NCBI RefSeq assembly: GCF_036588685.1
Contig: NC_086378.1
Location: 56,792,001 to 56,856,000, forward strand
Direction: 5' to 3'
DNA from: Mytilus trossulus
Lineage: Eukaryota
Length of the DNA stretch: 64,000 bases
Part shown: one piece after another, positions 36,601 through 49,200 of the stretch
How positions within the stretch are numbered: position 1 is the first letter of the stretch
How the letters are laid out: each line of letters starts with the position of its first letter
The notes under the pieces: generated by a model
Databases searched by the model: none
What the model was told of the DNA's origin: nothing
What the model saw: the letters and a program-made list of their open reading frames with translations, nothing else
Program-made: the position numbers and the translations under genes

Positions 36601-39385
36601 GTATAGAGGGAGGGTTGAGATCTCACAAACATGTTTAACCCCGCCGCATTTTTGCGCCTGTCCCAAGTCAGGAGCCTCTGGCCATTGTTGGTCTTGTATT
36701 ATTTTAATTTTAGTTTCTTGTTTACAATTTGGAAATTAGTATGGCGTTCATTATAACTGAACTAGTATATATTTGTTTAGGGGCCAGCTGAAGGACGCCT
36801 CCGGGTGCTGGAATTTCTCGCTACATTGAAGACCTGTTGGTGACCTTCTGCTGTTATTTTTTTATTTGGTCGGGTTGTTGTCTCTTTGACACATTCCCCA
36901 TTTCCGTTCTCAATTTTATATTCTTGTTCAAACTTTTGTGTATATTTTTTCAGTTGCGTGTGTATATGTGTTCTATAACTGGTATGAGGGAGACTGTGAT
37001 AATTCTCTACATTTTGTGTATTGTTTCAGTTGCGTGGGTATATGTGTACTATAACTGGTATGAGGGAGACTGTGATAATTCTCTACATTTTGTGTATATT
37101 GTTTCAGTTGCGTGTGTATATGTGTACTATAACTGGTTTGAGGGAGACTGTGATAATTCTCTTCATTTTGTGTGCAAGAGAATTGGTAAGTACATTAAAG
37201 TTTTGTCTTCTGTTGGATCTAGACTCCTTTACCCAAACGTTTACCTAATCGTAAACTGCGACAACTCGTTACTAACTACCGTATCAGATGACACACTGGA
37301 GTTATGCTCAAGCGCTTATCTAGTAAAACGAAATTACAGTTGATTAAAACAACAACAACAAAAAAAAGATAAATGTTTTCTATATTTCGAAATCAATTGA
37401 AAAACTAGATGGGATAAAAAAAACTTTCACTCGAAGTTCACCTTGATCAGCCCTTCATCTATATCACATACAAGATCTTAGAACAACAACTTAAAAAATG
37501 CTATAAAAACAAATTGCAGTTAGGTGTGCCATGGTTGCACACTATTGCAAATTTGAAATATTTTTGTCAAATTTTGCATTGAATGACATCGCTGAACAAA
37601 ATGCTAGTAATTTATACCCAAAGTATAATACTAGTACATATTCAGAATTTTCTTAAAACAGTCAAACTGTTAATTTTAGATTATCTTCAGGCGTTAATTG
37701 ATTGAAGTATTTAAAAAAAAAATAGGGTTTGCACATTGGGCTGAGAAACTATCATTCAAGACTAGATTAAAAGACCAGTTATGGAAGAATACTAAACCTC
37801 TTTACTGATGTGAATTTACATGTAGTTAATATTCCTTTTCATCAATATCATATCGGTTAGAGGTGATTGGATCTTATCTATAGTTCTAATCTTATACATT
37901 TTTAATCTTGACACCTTTTTAGTATATTTATATAGAAAGAGAAAGAAAATATTAGAATTCATTGACCCTATAAAAGTGTCTGCATCTTTTAAATATTTTT
38001 CAGCTGCAAATTCAAGTCAGATGTGTATCACAACATCGCCATTACCAACAACAATAATTACGACTTCCTCGAACACCATCAAACATTCCAGCTCTCAATT
38101 TACTGGTAACGTACAAACAACTGAATCTGAAGTGAAAAACACCAACCAAGAATATACCAGCGACGAACTTACAACGGATTCACTGCGAAGAACTTCTAAA
38201 CAAATAACACCCACTATACATAAATCCACAGAAGGTATACTAATTGAGCTTGATATTTGCTCTTAAACAGTTCATCAGAAGTCTTCACATCACATTCAAG
38301 ATTTTCAAAAAATCATATAAAAAAACCACCCTGGAAGCAGATGATATACATTGTTTTCTAATATCGTATATAAATAAACCATAAACATCAGGCGTAAAGT
38401 TTTGTACGGCAGAAGTCAGACGGGCGTTTCGTCTACCAAAGAACCATCAGTGACAATCGAAACAAGTTAAAAGAATAATTAGATTACGAAGTTAAAGAGC
38501 ATTAGGGTCCCAAAATTCTAAAAGGTATTGCCAAAATACAGATAAGTTCTATTCCTTGTGTAAAAAGTCTCTAGTATTTAAAAAGAAATATTTTTTGTTT
38601 AAAAGAGTAATTTATGGTTTTGACCTTAACAGCACAGGTGATGACTACTTGGTTGATGAGCGTATTGTTTTATTTTCGGCTTTGGATTTTTAAGACAATT
38701 GATATAGATAAATCAAATCATTATGCACTTAATATCTTCGTTCGTGCATGTAGATTTATCTTGTGTTTGAAATGCTGTAACTATTTTATTTACATCATTT
38801 AATGAATACTATTACTTTGTGTTCTGTTTTGACCCGACTTTCTGATAACATTTTGATTCATCTATCCCAAGATATGAATATAATAAATATGCAAATTTGT
38901 TTGTGTTTACAGAAAATATGAAAAATTCACAACAAACAACTTTATCTCACGGAAAGACAGATAACATATTGTCGGAAGAAGAACTATCAACAAACAGCTT
39001 GTCATCAAAGAAAGATCAACCCCAAACAAGGTCAACTACTGTCAAAATAAAATCGTCAACTAAGAAACCGGCTCCACTTTTACCACACGAGATCGACGAA
39101 AAGGTCCAAGAAATTGTCAAAAACCTGAAGATTTACAACTTACCTAAGCGATCGGCTAGAGAGGCACCAGGAGGAGAGGCTATCGGGGCTGTAGCTTTGT
39201 TTATCCTGATTGGTATTTTAGGCGGAATTGTCCTGCTGGATCTAGTCACTATACAGAATCATCTGAAATTGTTCATGCGGAACATCAGACGTAGACCTTA
39301 TAAAGCCAAGAAAAAGAATATTGAACAACCTGACGATTCGTCGGCTTCGGCAATTTCAGAAGAAACATATCGGCGAACAGTTTGA
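33602..39385 (+). CDS. type I membrane C-type lectin with Ser/Thr-rich stalk (~377 aa)
   Basis: Exons 33602-33662 (signal peptide), 33949-34108 (CQNLNASLVSIHSKDE), 35296-35426 (VWIGM, WSD), 37108-37185 (C...W...C...FVCK), 38004-38234 (S/T-rich) and 38913-39385 (TM AIGAVALFILIGILGGIVLL); phases 1,2,1,1,1 consistent. Confidence 0.88.
34163..34206 (-). ncRNA. minimal type I hammerhead ribozyme (element ~34130-34375)
   Basis: GCUUCA-CUGAUGA-GUCUuuuuuAGAC-GAAA-CGCGCG-UC-UGGCGU; core intact, one stem I mismatch. Confidence 0.8.
34557..34820 (+). mobile_element. degenerate tRNA-derived SINE
   Basis: B-box AGTTCGAATC at about 34628; 3' motif CCAATAAATCTGACC...GCTGAAAGTGGC and (AATC) tail, similar to 13625-13690. 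Confidence 0.55.
34985..35124 (-). mobile_element. hammerhead-ribozyme element with core mutations
   Basis: 35017-35060 reads CGGAUGA and GAAG instead of CUGAUGA and GAAA. Confidence 0.75.
36338..36917 (-). repeat. dispersed repeat (AAAATTGAGAATGGAAATGGGGAATG family)
   Basis: Highly similar inverted copy at 47816-48322; fragments near 31955, 39775-39845 and 45978-46080. Confidence 0.85.
36936..37172 (+). repeat. 3x ~78-bp tandem repeat comprising splice acceptor + lectin exon 4
   Basis: TTTCAG acceptors end at 36953, 37029 and 37107 (spacings 76 and 78 nt). Confidence 0.92.
38385..38590 (-). mobile_element. degenerate hammerhead-ribozyme element
   Basis: 38415-38454 minus: GUCA-CUGAUGG-UUCUuugguAGAC-GAAAC-GCCC-GUC-UGAC; flank similar to the 34130-34375 copy. 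Confidence 0.6.
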
Positions 39386-40660
39386 GAATTACCTATTTAC
39401 AAGGAAATTGCCCATTTATACACTATATATTGTTTATGGCTTGTTTTGTAAAGAAGACATTATTTTCTAAATATAAGATTCCAATTAATCTCCGAATAAA
39501 TATTACTCCTTCATACCTTTTTCCGCATCCTAGATATTAGGGATAATACTATACAGATTTGATTGATATCTGTGTTTAAGCAAGCAATGAAAGTTATTAT
39601 TCTATAGTATCGTGTAGCAGTAATATGAACTCGTGTCTGACCAAGTAGAGTTCCAAAAAGTAACGGCAGGTGGTCGAGTAGAGATCGGATAATGTAATGG
39701 TCAGTCCTCTAGCTGTATAAACTGTACAAACAATTAAAAGATTGGCTGTTCTTTTACTAGAAGGTTGGTGACCTTCTGTTGTTGTTTTTTTCCATGGTCG
39801 GGTTGTTGTCTCTTTGACACATTCCCCATTTCTATTCTCAATTTTATTTTCAAATTTTAAAAAGTTTGTAAAAAAGATACACAAGAAAAAAATCAATCAT
39901 AAAGTGTGAAAACAAACTGTCACAGCCATGGCGAAAAAAACGAAAAACGACGATACGAAAAACACCAGTCCAAATAACACAACCTTGAAAACTAAAATTC
40001 CCCAAAATAACAAACCTTAATACTATGATGTTTTAATACTGAAATTAAACACACTCGATCAACATTCGACTATACTTAGACCTCTTTACGATTAAGTCGA
40101 TCTGGTCTGTTCGAGATAGGATTAATACCGAATATACATAAATGTAGTTGATTTAGTCACGCTAGTCGAGTAAAGATCGTTTAAAGATAACGAATTGGTC
40201 GTTAAAATCGAATGAATGTTCCATTAGTCGTGTTGAAGATCGCAAGTTGTTGTAAAGGAGTCGTGAATATGCGAATTTGAATCTTGTACGGTCGGATATA
40301 TAGCGATCGGGTAAAAGTCGTAAACAAGTCCAATCAGGAATTTGATTACGCTGTCATGGAAATTGTGGCACTCTTTATCTTCAAGTTAGTCGGCATTGTG
40401 AAGAAGAATGGCGTTCACACAGTGCCGATTGTGGCTCCCATTTGGGACCAGCTAGCGCTTAAAGGCAAAGAGTCGGATAACTTTCCTCATTGATCTTGAA
40501 TATCAATCTGGTTCTATTTTACTAAAATAAGCAGAGAAACATGGTTGATGAATTTTGCACTTGCAAGTGAATAATTGGACCTCATTGAATACGTATTCAT
40601 GTGACCTTCAATTCAACACCTAGCTGGAGATAGGTTACCGATGTATTCAAATTTAGAATT

Positions 40661-41297
40661 GTAAGGGTTTCGCAGAACCTAGTATCTCGCCTACTTTAGC
40701 TGTTAGTCACAGGCTGAACAAAAATGGAGGAAAATATCAAAATTTTGACTAGTGCTGTAAGAAGCTTCTGTCCCAATTTGGTTAAAATCCAGAATGGTTA
40801 ATGAAATCTAATAAATGTTTTCAAAAAAAATTAACCGCAGAGTGTATGTAATGTTAACTGGGGGAAAAAAACGAAGTCCATTAATAAGGAATATACGAAA
40901 AGCGATTTTTTTTTACAGACTTTACTTCTGGATATTATCTTATGATCATAAACAAGCTTCTGTCCAAGTTTGGTAGAAATCGAGGATATTCTTAGAAAGT
41001 TATAAAAAATTTAAAAACTTATACAACAATGTGAATGTAATGTTAACTGGCATATGAGTCCATTTATAAGTAAAATACGGGAAAACTTGATTTTATTTTC
41101 ACAAAATTTACTTCTTGAAAATTATCTCATAGTTATAGTCAAGCTTCTATTCACGTTTGGTAGAAATCCAGGATAATTTAAAAAAATTATAAAAATTTAA
41201 AGACCTTTAACTACATAACGAATACTTGTGGATGATGCTGACGACAGCATGGTTTGCTCTGTCTCGCTTTTGCGACAAAGGTCGCAGGCTCGACAAA
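40661..41297 (+). mobile_element. HINE/pearl-like element with ~190-bp internal repeats
   Basis: AAGCTTCT.TCC...TTTGGT..AAAT at about 40762, 40954 and 41141; 3' end TGCGACaaagGTCGCAGGCTCGACAAAAA parallels the 9450-9478 terminus. Confidence 0.65.
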
Positions 41298-41770
41298 AAG
41301 AAACATCATAATGACAACATTGAAATCAAGAGGGAATGGCCGATTCAATCCACTAAAGATCATTCTTTTACAGATAAAATCAAATATAAAATGTTGTTGC
41401 AGGTATATAAGCTGGAGTTTGGAGGTCTTGAAAAACTCATAAAAAAGAGAAACACAAAAATATGAAATGTGACTCATAACACCATCAAATTATATTAATT
41501 TGTTTGTAAAGAATGTCAGCTTTATCACAACAGTCTGACAAAAGAAGTCGTAAATAAAACTATTTTGTAAAAGGGATTTGACTTATGTCATTGGGCAAGT
41601 TTATATGTAACAGCAACAACAAACAACACATATTTTATTTGCAAATCACGGCGCCAAAAATGAGCAGAACAATTACAATTGTAAATTTCTCACATAATGT
41701 AATGTAAATTAAAAATAGGTTAAAAAGGACATACTATGATTGATTTTGATTTAATTGATATGAAATATTA

Positions 41771-42036
41771 CAGCAGATTTCATTCAGTATGTAGCTAATG
41801 GTAATATCTTTGGTTAGCTTGCTTGTTAGCTGAACCGTGAAGTCATTGTTAGGTAAGGTATACTATCCTCCTTTTAAAGTAGCTTAGTCCTACAGAGATA
41901 TAGATTGGTTCTCTGTTGGGATAGTCTACTATTAAAGAGGGTAGTTTACCTAACCTAACAATGACTTCACGGTACAGCTAACAAGCAAGCTAACCAAAAA
42001 TGTTACCATTAGCTACATACTGACTGAAATGTGCTG
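41771..42036. mobile_element. fully palindromic (fold-back) MITE, TA-flanked
   Basis: TA|CAGCAgATTTCA...TGAAATgTGCTG|TA; ~125-bp arms pair with a short central loop. Confidence 0.88.
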
Positions 42037-43429
42037 TAAAGCAAATGAAGTGAGCAGAGTATGCCTGATGGAATTTGCAATATAAAGAAATTATGAGATT
42101 TTAAGAATTCTTCAACCAAATTTGGCATTATCAAATGTTTATCATCAAATAGAGCTGGCAAAGTTGCCCTTTAAACTTCTCACAATTGTATATCTCAACT
42201 TTGGATTGATATTGATATCATTGTCTTGCATGCTGCAAATGATATTAAGGGTGTTTCAATACTTTTAAAGTAACACTTTTTCAGTTCCAATTCACAACCA
42301 CTAAAGGTGTGCCTTATATTCATTAATTCTCAATTAAGTCGGCCCTAAAATACCTATCCTTTTACTTTCTTATTTTGTATCTTGAATTAAATCTTTAATT
42401 TTAAAACAAAAATATTAAGTTTGTAAACAGCTGTAAAAATGACAAAGAAAATCAGTGAATACCAGTAATCACCGAAACAACTAGTAAATTTAAAAATACA
42501 TGTAATTACTAAATTGGCTAGTAATTACAGGTATTTACTGAAATGTTTAGTAATTACGTGTAATTCCTAATTTCACCTATTTACTGTAACATATACATGT
42601 TTATTGTAAATTATACTAAGGAAACAGAATTTCCAACATAGGATAATGAACTAAAACGAATTGAACATTTAGAACTTTTTTGCCAATTCCATTTATTGAA
42701 GAACATTTTAATCTTATATTTTGAAAACAGTAGTATATAATAGTAAGAATGAAAATTGCAGATAATTTTATACGTTGAATCTAGTGCAAGTAATTTGGTT
42801 AAACATTGATATTTAATATTTAAGAAAAAAGAAATGTGGTGAGATTTGCTATAAGACTATCAATCAGAATCTACATGATGTGAATCTGAGAAACGATCGG
42901 CCACGTCTGGGCTTTAGCAAAGAACATGTTATTAAAAAGCTAACATAATCAAATTGAAACATATCAAACGGGACAATTGACGAGGTTAAAAGTAATACTA
43001 GTATGACAGATATCAATCGACTACAACCACCACATTACAAGTTCCTGATGTCCAACATGCACATAATGAATAATGCAGAATTTAATGTATTTGTAAAGAA
43101 CTACACACCTTTATCTTGTTAAAAACCTGACATATCAGCAAATTGTGTAAAAATAATTCAAAATGATTTGAATCGTCAACAAAGCACACAACACTCACAT
43201 AAAAACCAACTAAATTAATTATGAAAAGACAAAAGATGCAACATTTTTCGGATTTATTCATGTTATTGAAAGCTAGTACAGAGCAATTGTCAACTAAGAA
43301 TTGAATAATTTTCAACCAATCTACGTACAGTGCCAGTATGGATTCATCTTATTACGTAAAAAGGTCTAATAACCAATCTCTGTATATAACTCATCATATT
43401 AACCAAAATATAAATTGTGTTCGACTGAT

Positions 43430-43513
43430 GCACATTTCTTCTACGAAAGACCCAGCCGCACATTTCTTCTACGAAAGACCCAGCCGCACATTTCTTCTAC
43501 GAAAGACCCAGCC
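43430..43513. repeat. 3x 28-bp perfect tandem repeat
   Basis: GCACATTTCTTCTACGAAAGACCCAGCC three times. Confidence 0.95.
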
Positions 43514-44047
43514 ATGTCGCTTAAATAAAAAGTGAAAAAGGCAAAAAAGAACGAATTTGAGGAGCGGATGACCGAAACGACAACCAGATTATTAACTGAA
43601 TATAAGACATATAGAGTCTTTCGATGATGTCACTAAAATGTTCTTCATTTGTAGTAAATTGAATATAAACATAAACATGATGAAGGTGCAATATCATAAT
43701 TATTTGAAAGTGGCTACAAAGAAATATACTGGTAACACGTCTTTGGGGTTGTTGAAGAGTAAACTTCACCTGTATTTAGAATAAACAGGCATCTGAACTA
43801 AATAAAGCACCTTTATTTCTGCGGGAAGTGCACTAGATTACCAACAATTTGAATACAAAAAAGCCTCCTTTGCTTATATAGCTGAATGATCATGGATTTT
43901 CAGAGGCATTAATATCGTACAATTCTGCAATGCAAGATATGCTGAGAAAAACTCAATGATGAAGTTCAAATAATATCATTGATAATTAGATTTTAAATGA
44001 TTAATGCGTATTGTTATTTTTGTGTTCGCTGTCTGATTATGTGTATG

Positions 44048-44644
44048 AACCATCTTCATAACACATGGAGAGAATATAAAAAGCAGGGGAAATGATTCAT
44101 TGATTCTTTAGATTGTAATTTCTTGGTTCCATAGTTGGTGATTTTTTAAACACCAGAGACTAGCGATTTTCATCAAAACTTTTGGCAGCCAAAGTACTAG
44201 TAATAACATATTTTGAACAAATATTCCTGACGGATTCGTTTTGTCTCTTACTAACGAAATACAAGAAATCGTCCACTTTTTTGTCTTCCTAACAGCCACC
44301 TGTGAACAAGGAGGATATGCAAATATACTGATACATCCTCACTATCAATTGAGAATACTAAGGAAGAAACTTGTTCTTTTATTTTACAAATGAGATATAT
44401 AAACGTCAAAATATTCTCTTGTAGAGATATTTACGAGGGTTGTCCGTAAAGTTTTGTGGACAATCTCAATAAAATATTATTTACCCATTCGAAATAAATA
44501 AAACAAGTATTTAACAAATTTCATGATTTACTGATTAAGTTTACAAAACTTTATTTCAGTACCTGCTAATTCGTAAGTTATAATCAACATAAGACAGAGG
44601 CTGACGATTCATTACCATGTTGATTTCGTAAACGAACATTCATT
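44048..44644 (+). repeat. segmental duplication, copy 1
   Basis: Near-identical to 63410-64000 (a few SNPs and small indels, including a 6-bp indel). Confidence 0.95.
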
Positions 44645-44790
44645 TTTCTAAAGTGTTATTGTGTGCTATGTTTTCAATAGATAATGCACAGCTGCATGTT
44701 GCAAAGTTGTTTGTAGCTTTTGAAAACAAGTAAAATGTGTCAGTTGGTTTGACTAAATGGTTTCGAAATGCCACTCATGTGCATTTCTAA
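44617..44790 (+). pseudogene. pseudogenised first exon of a PAN/C-type lectin paralog
   Basis: TTCATTACCATGTTGATTTCG shared with the 46276 gene; reads MLIS*TNIHFSKVLLCAMFSIDNAQLHV...K* versus MLISQTKDDFSLVFLCVMFAMVIAELNV. Confidence 0.7.
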
Positions 44791-46275
44791 AACAAATATG
44801 TATTTAGAAAATATTCAAATTTAACAAATCCCAAATGAATTGACTGAAAGTTACTTTCTTTTGTAACTCTGTAAAAACACAAGCCTGTAAGATTTTTCAA
44901 TATTTATAAATTTGAATATTATGTACTTAGTTGGATGGTAAGATTAAATGCGGACATTATCTGCTCTTTGGTCGTGTTGTTGTCTCTGTGACACCTGATT
45001 TAACCCCATATTTATTTAAGATTGATGGATTTTGTTTGTGTATTTGTTTTTCATATTTGATGGGTTTGGTATTCCAAGCGAACACATACTAACAACAACA
45101 AAAATATACAATGCTACAAACCAATTTAAACACCCAATTGAATAATTAGTTTTTTAACTATAACTTGAAACTAAAAAATGTGAAATGATTTGAGTCTGAA
45201 AAAAGACAAAAAGAAAGCAACATCAAAAGAGAATTTCATATCAATAGCGAACACTGTCAGGATTGATCAAACGAAAGACCAACCGTGGGGAGATTTTATT
45301 TTAGCAATCCTGACACCTTGAAAAAGAGGGACGAAAGACATCAGAGGAACAGTCAAACTCACAAATCGAAAACAAACTAACAACGTCATGGCTAAAAATA
45401 AAAAAGACAGACAGACAAACAATAGTACACATGACACAACATAGAAAACTAAAGAATAAGCAACACGAACCCCACCAAAAACTAGGAATGATAAAAAGAA
45501 ATAAGAAATATATCTTATGAGATAGGCATAACTAATTTTTCAATGCACGAATATTTTTTGAAATAAATAAAGTGCCGAATTTCAAAACATTTACTCGGCT
45601 TACATAATAAGGTATAAGAAAAGCTATTCAGACTTAATCGGTTTAGGTCTGCCAGTAAGTTTAAAAATGTAATTACTTTGAAATTTTTATATTAGTTCTA
45701 AATAACCTGCACCGTTCAATGAGTCGAGCTCAATATTTTAAATTACATTAATCCCAAATGCATTACATTGTTCACTTATCACGTTATCCTTTATGTTTTT
45801 ATAAAAAACAGAGTTGAACTAATGACTTCAGCAAATGAAAAAAGAACATTTCGATTATATAATAATTATACAAAACCACAGCCTACTAACTTTGCTGAGA
45901 ATGCATTTTTGATTATCAAATGGGCGGAATTCTATAACTAGCTCATGCATGATAGTTTTCATCCAACAGTATCGATGATAAAATTGAAAATGGAAATAGA
46001 AATGTGTCAAAGAGACAACAACCCGACCAAAGAAAAAAACAACAGCAGAAGGTCACCAACAGGTCTTCAATGTAGCGAGAGATAATATATAAATTGAGTC
46101 TCAATTTGTGTTTCATATAGTCAATATTGTTTGTAATTATATTTGAATGCTTATTGTTGTTTATAGCGTTATAATAGTGCTTTTTATCTATTCAGGTGTC
46201 TGCTTTTCAAAATTCTCTTTCGGAGATATATCTAAGTTCCAATAAGCATTAAATACAATCTGACAATTCATTACC

Positions 46276-49200
46276 ATGTTGATTTCGCAAACGAAAGATG
46301 ATTTTTCTTTGGTGTTTTTGTGTGTGATGTTTGCAATGGTTATTGCAGAACTGAATGTTCATAAATATGTCTTTGTAACTACAAAAGACAGAAGAATTCT
46401 TCCTAGCAGTACATCACTCATAAAGCAAAGAACACTATCTCTAGCTGCTTGTGCGTCATTGTGCTCCATACATTATTGTTGCTATGCTAGTTATGACACG
46501 AAAACCGAACACTGCTACTTAGATGAATCTTGTTGTCCAAAAAATGAGTCTTCAATAGATTCACTTATATTAAAGAAAAATACAGGTAAGTTTGTTGTTT
46601 TACTTGATCTTGAAATAATTATTATCTCTTGTTTTATAACGGGTTGATGAAAATAAAGTATAAATATGTTTACAATCCCGGTGGTTGCCTTTAAACATAT
46701 CAAAGAGATGGACATAACATCTTTTAACCTGTATTTTTATACGTTTTATAAGTTTAAGCCATGCCCAAAAAGCAAATCTCGATTTGTATTTCTATTTGTA
46801 AGTATTGTAATACCAGTAAAGTCAGCAATGTTAAGCCACAGATGTACCCGGTATCAAAATGTGTTATCCCAAAAATTCTGGACTCCGAGAAAAATTCTAA
46901 ATGGAAAGAACCTAATCAAATAGCAAAACCAAAAGCTCGAACACATCAAACGAATATATAAAAACTGCTATATTTCTGACTAGGTACAGTCCTTTTCTGT
47001 TGATGGATTTAACTTTATTTTATCAGATTGTCTTTTAAGGTCTTGTGATGTCTAATTGATGTCTATCGTTTTTAATGAAAAGCTTTTAGATGACAAAATT
47101 TTATATTCTGTCTTGTGTAAGGGTAAGAGAATTTCAACGTTTGGATTGCTTATTAATTCATGGAATAAAATACTCATCCACCCTAAAACATCTTATACAT
47201 AAAACTTTTTACTGATGTTTAATCAGTCACAAAGTTTAACATGGGTAAGTCAGGAATGCGTGCCTTTTTATCAGGAACAATAGACTACGAGTTACTCTGA
47301 GGACATTTTATGCCCCACGTACGAAAGTAAAGGGGCATTATTTTTCCCTTCTGTGCAGCGGTTCGTTCGTTTGTTCATTTGTCCGTTCGTTTGTTCTCCC
47401 GTTCGTCCGTTCGTCCGTCTGTCCCGCTTCAGGTTAAAGTTTTTGATCCCTGATTCCACGGTCCACTGAACATAAAAATGATAGTACAAGTTTATGTTAA
47501 AGTTTTTGGTCAAGGTAGTTTTTGATGCAGATGAAGTCCAGTCAACTTGAAACTTAATATAAATGTTCCCTATGATATTATCTTTCTAATTTAAATTCCA
47601 AATTAGAGTTTTCACCCCATTTTCATGGTCCACAGAATATAGACAATAATAGTGCGAGTGGGACAATCGTGAACTATGGACACATTCTTGGTTTTTTTTT
47701 TAATAAATTACTTTCCTTAGTTTTTTAAAACTTTCTTAGATGGATTTTTGAAAATATGTTGTGAAATTATAAATGAAAATGCTTAAATATGGCTACTTAC
47801 TGAAAAAATGTTATTAAAATTGAGAATGGAAATGGGGAATGTGTCAAAGAGACCACAACCCTACCATAGAAAAAAAAAACAGCAAAAGGTCACCAACAGG
47901 TCTTCAATGTAGCGAGAAATTTCCGCACCCGGAGGCGACCTTCAGCTGGCCCCTAAACAAATATATACTAGTCCAGTGATAATGAACGCCATACTTATTT
48001 CCAAATTGTACACAAGAAACTAAAATTAAAATAATACAAGACTTACAAAGGCCAGAGGATCTTGACTTGGGACAGGCGCAAAAATGCGGCGGGGTTAAAC
48101 ATGTTTGTGAGATCTCAACCCTCCCCCGATAAATCCAGCCAGTGTAGAAAAGTAAACGCATAACAATACGCACATTAAATTCAGTTCAAAAGAAGTCCGA
48201 GTCTGATGTCTGAAGATGTAACCAAAGAAAATAAACCAAATTACAATAATACATAAATAACAACAGACTACTAGCAGTTAACTGACATGCCAGCTCCAGA
48301 CTTCAATTAAACTGACTGAAAGATATTTACATGTTTCATTTGTGTAGAAGATGTCACTAGTGTTGTGCTAGTTCAATCAGTTCTAAGGTTTTCATTGCCA
48401 AAAACTGTGACATATTTGAAGCCAGATGTTCGTTCAAGTTCAATTAAAATACGCTTTAATATAGGACTATATAATTGACGATTAATTCAGGAGTTTTAAG
48501 ATGCAGTTTCAATTGATTGGAAAAAAATAACATCGATTCACATCATTGATTTTATTGTTAAGTAAGATAATGTAATGGTGCTTTTGAAAAACAACTTGTT
48601 TAAAAAACTACTATTATGTGACATACATTGAACGACGATGTATTGCCACTCGTTACTTTTCGATCGAATCTACGAAAAAAGCTAAAGATTTTTTTTCTGA
48701 AACGGTAAAAATCTTACGACTAGACAAACGACTGACGAATGTTAAGGGAACAGTATCCTGTTATTTGATCAATGTTCTGTAGTTATTTTATTCTTTACTT
48801 TCAGTTTCATTCGCATGTCCAAACAGATGGTTAAAGTACGAAAATCAATGCTACTACTTTAGCGATGAGGAAAAAACGTGGGACCAAGCTAGGGTTCGTA
48901 TTATGTTTTTTTATGGACATGATATATTGCTACTGACATTATTACATCTCTTTATATTGTTGGATTTTGAAAGAGGTAAAAACTGTAGTTTCATTTATTA
49001 AAATAAAATAAAGATATGAGACTTATATACATCAGACATGCATATAATCTAATATTTATTTTCTAGTTTATATTGTAGTAAGAAAATATGCCTCCCATTA
49101 TTCGTAAACGTTATATGTTTAATATGTTTGCAAGGTAGTTGACGGGTTTCAATATACCGCTACCAGTGATGATAGTGATTGCCAGTGATATAACAAATAA

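Noticed and set aside
39370-39385. PDZ-binding motif at the lectin C-terminus (RRTV)
   Set aside because: Position -2 is Arg, so it does not fit class I S/T-x-V.
40050-40660. CpG-rich segment with a 69-aa ORF
   Set aside because: Probably a DNA-transposon remnant, but no TIR/TSD pair or protein motif could be established.
43424-43460. CTGATG...CGAAA hammerhead-like spacing
   Set aside because: The core reads CUGAUGC and no stem II can form.
44108-44299. ORF apparently conserved at 63459-63656
   Set aside because: Identity is due to the recent duplication, and the second copy is frameshifted.
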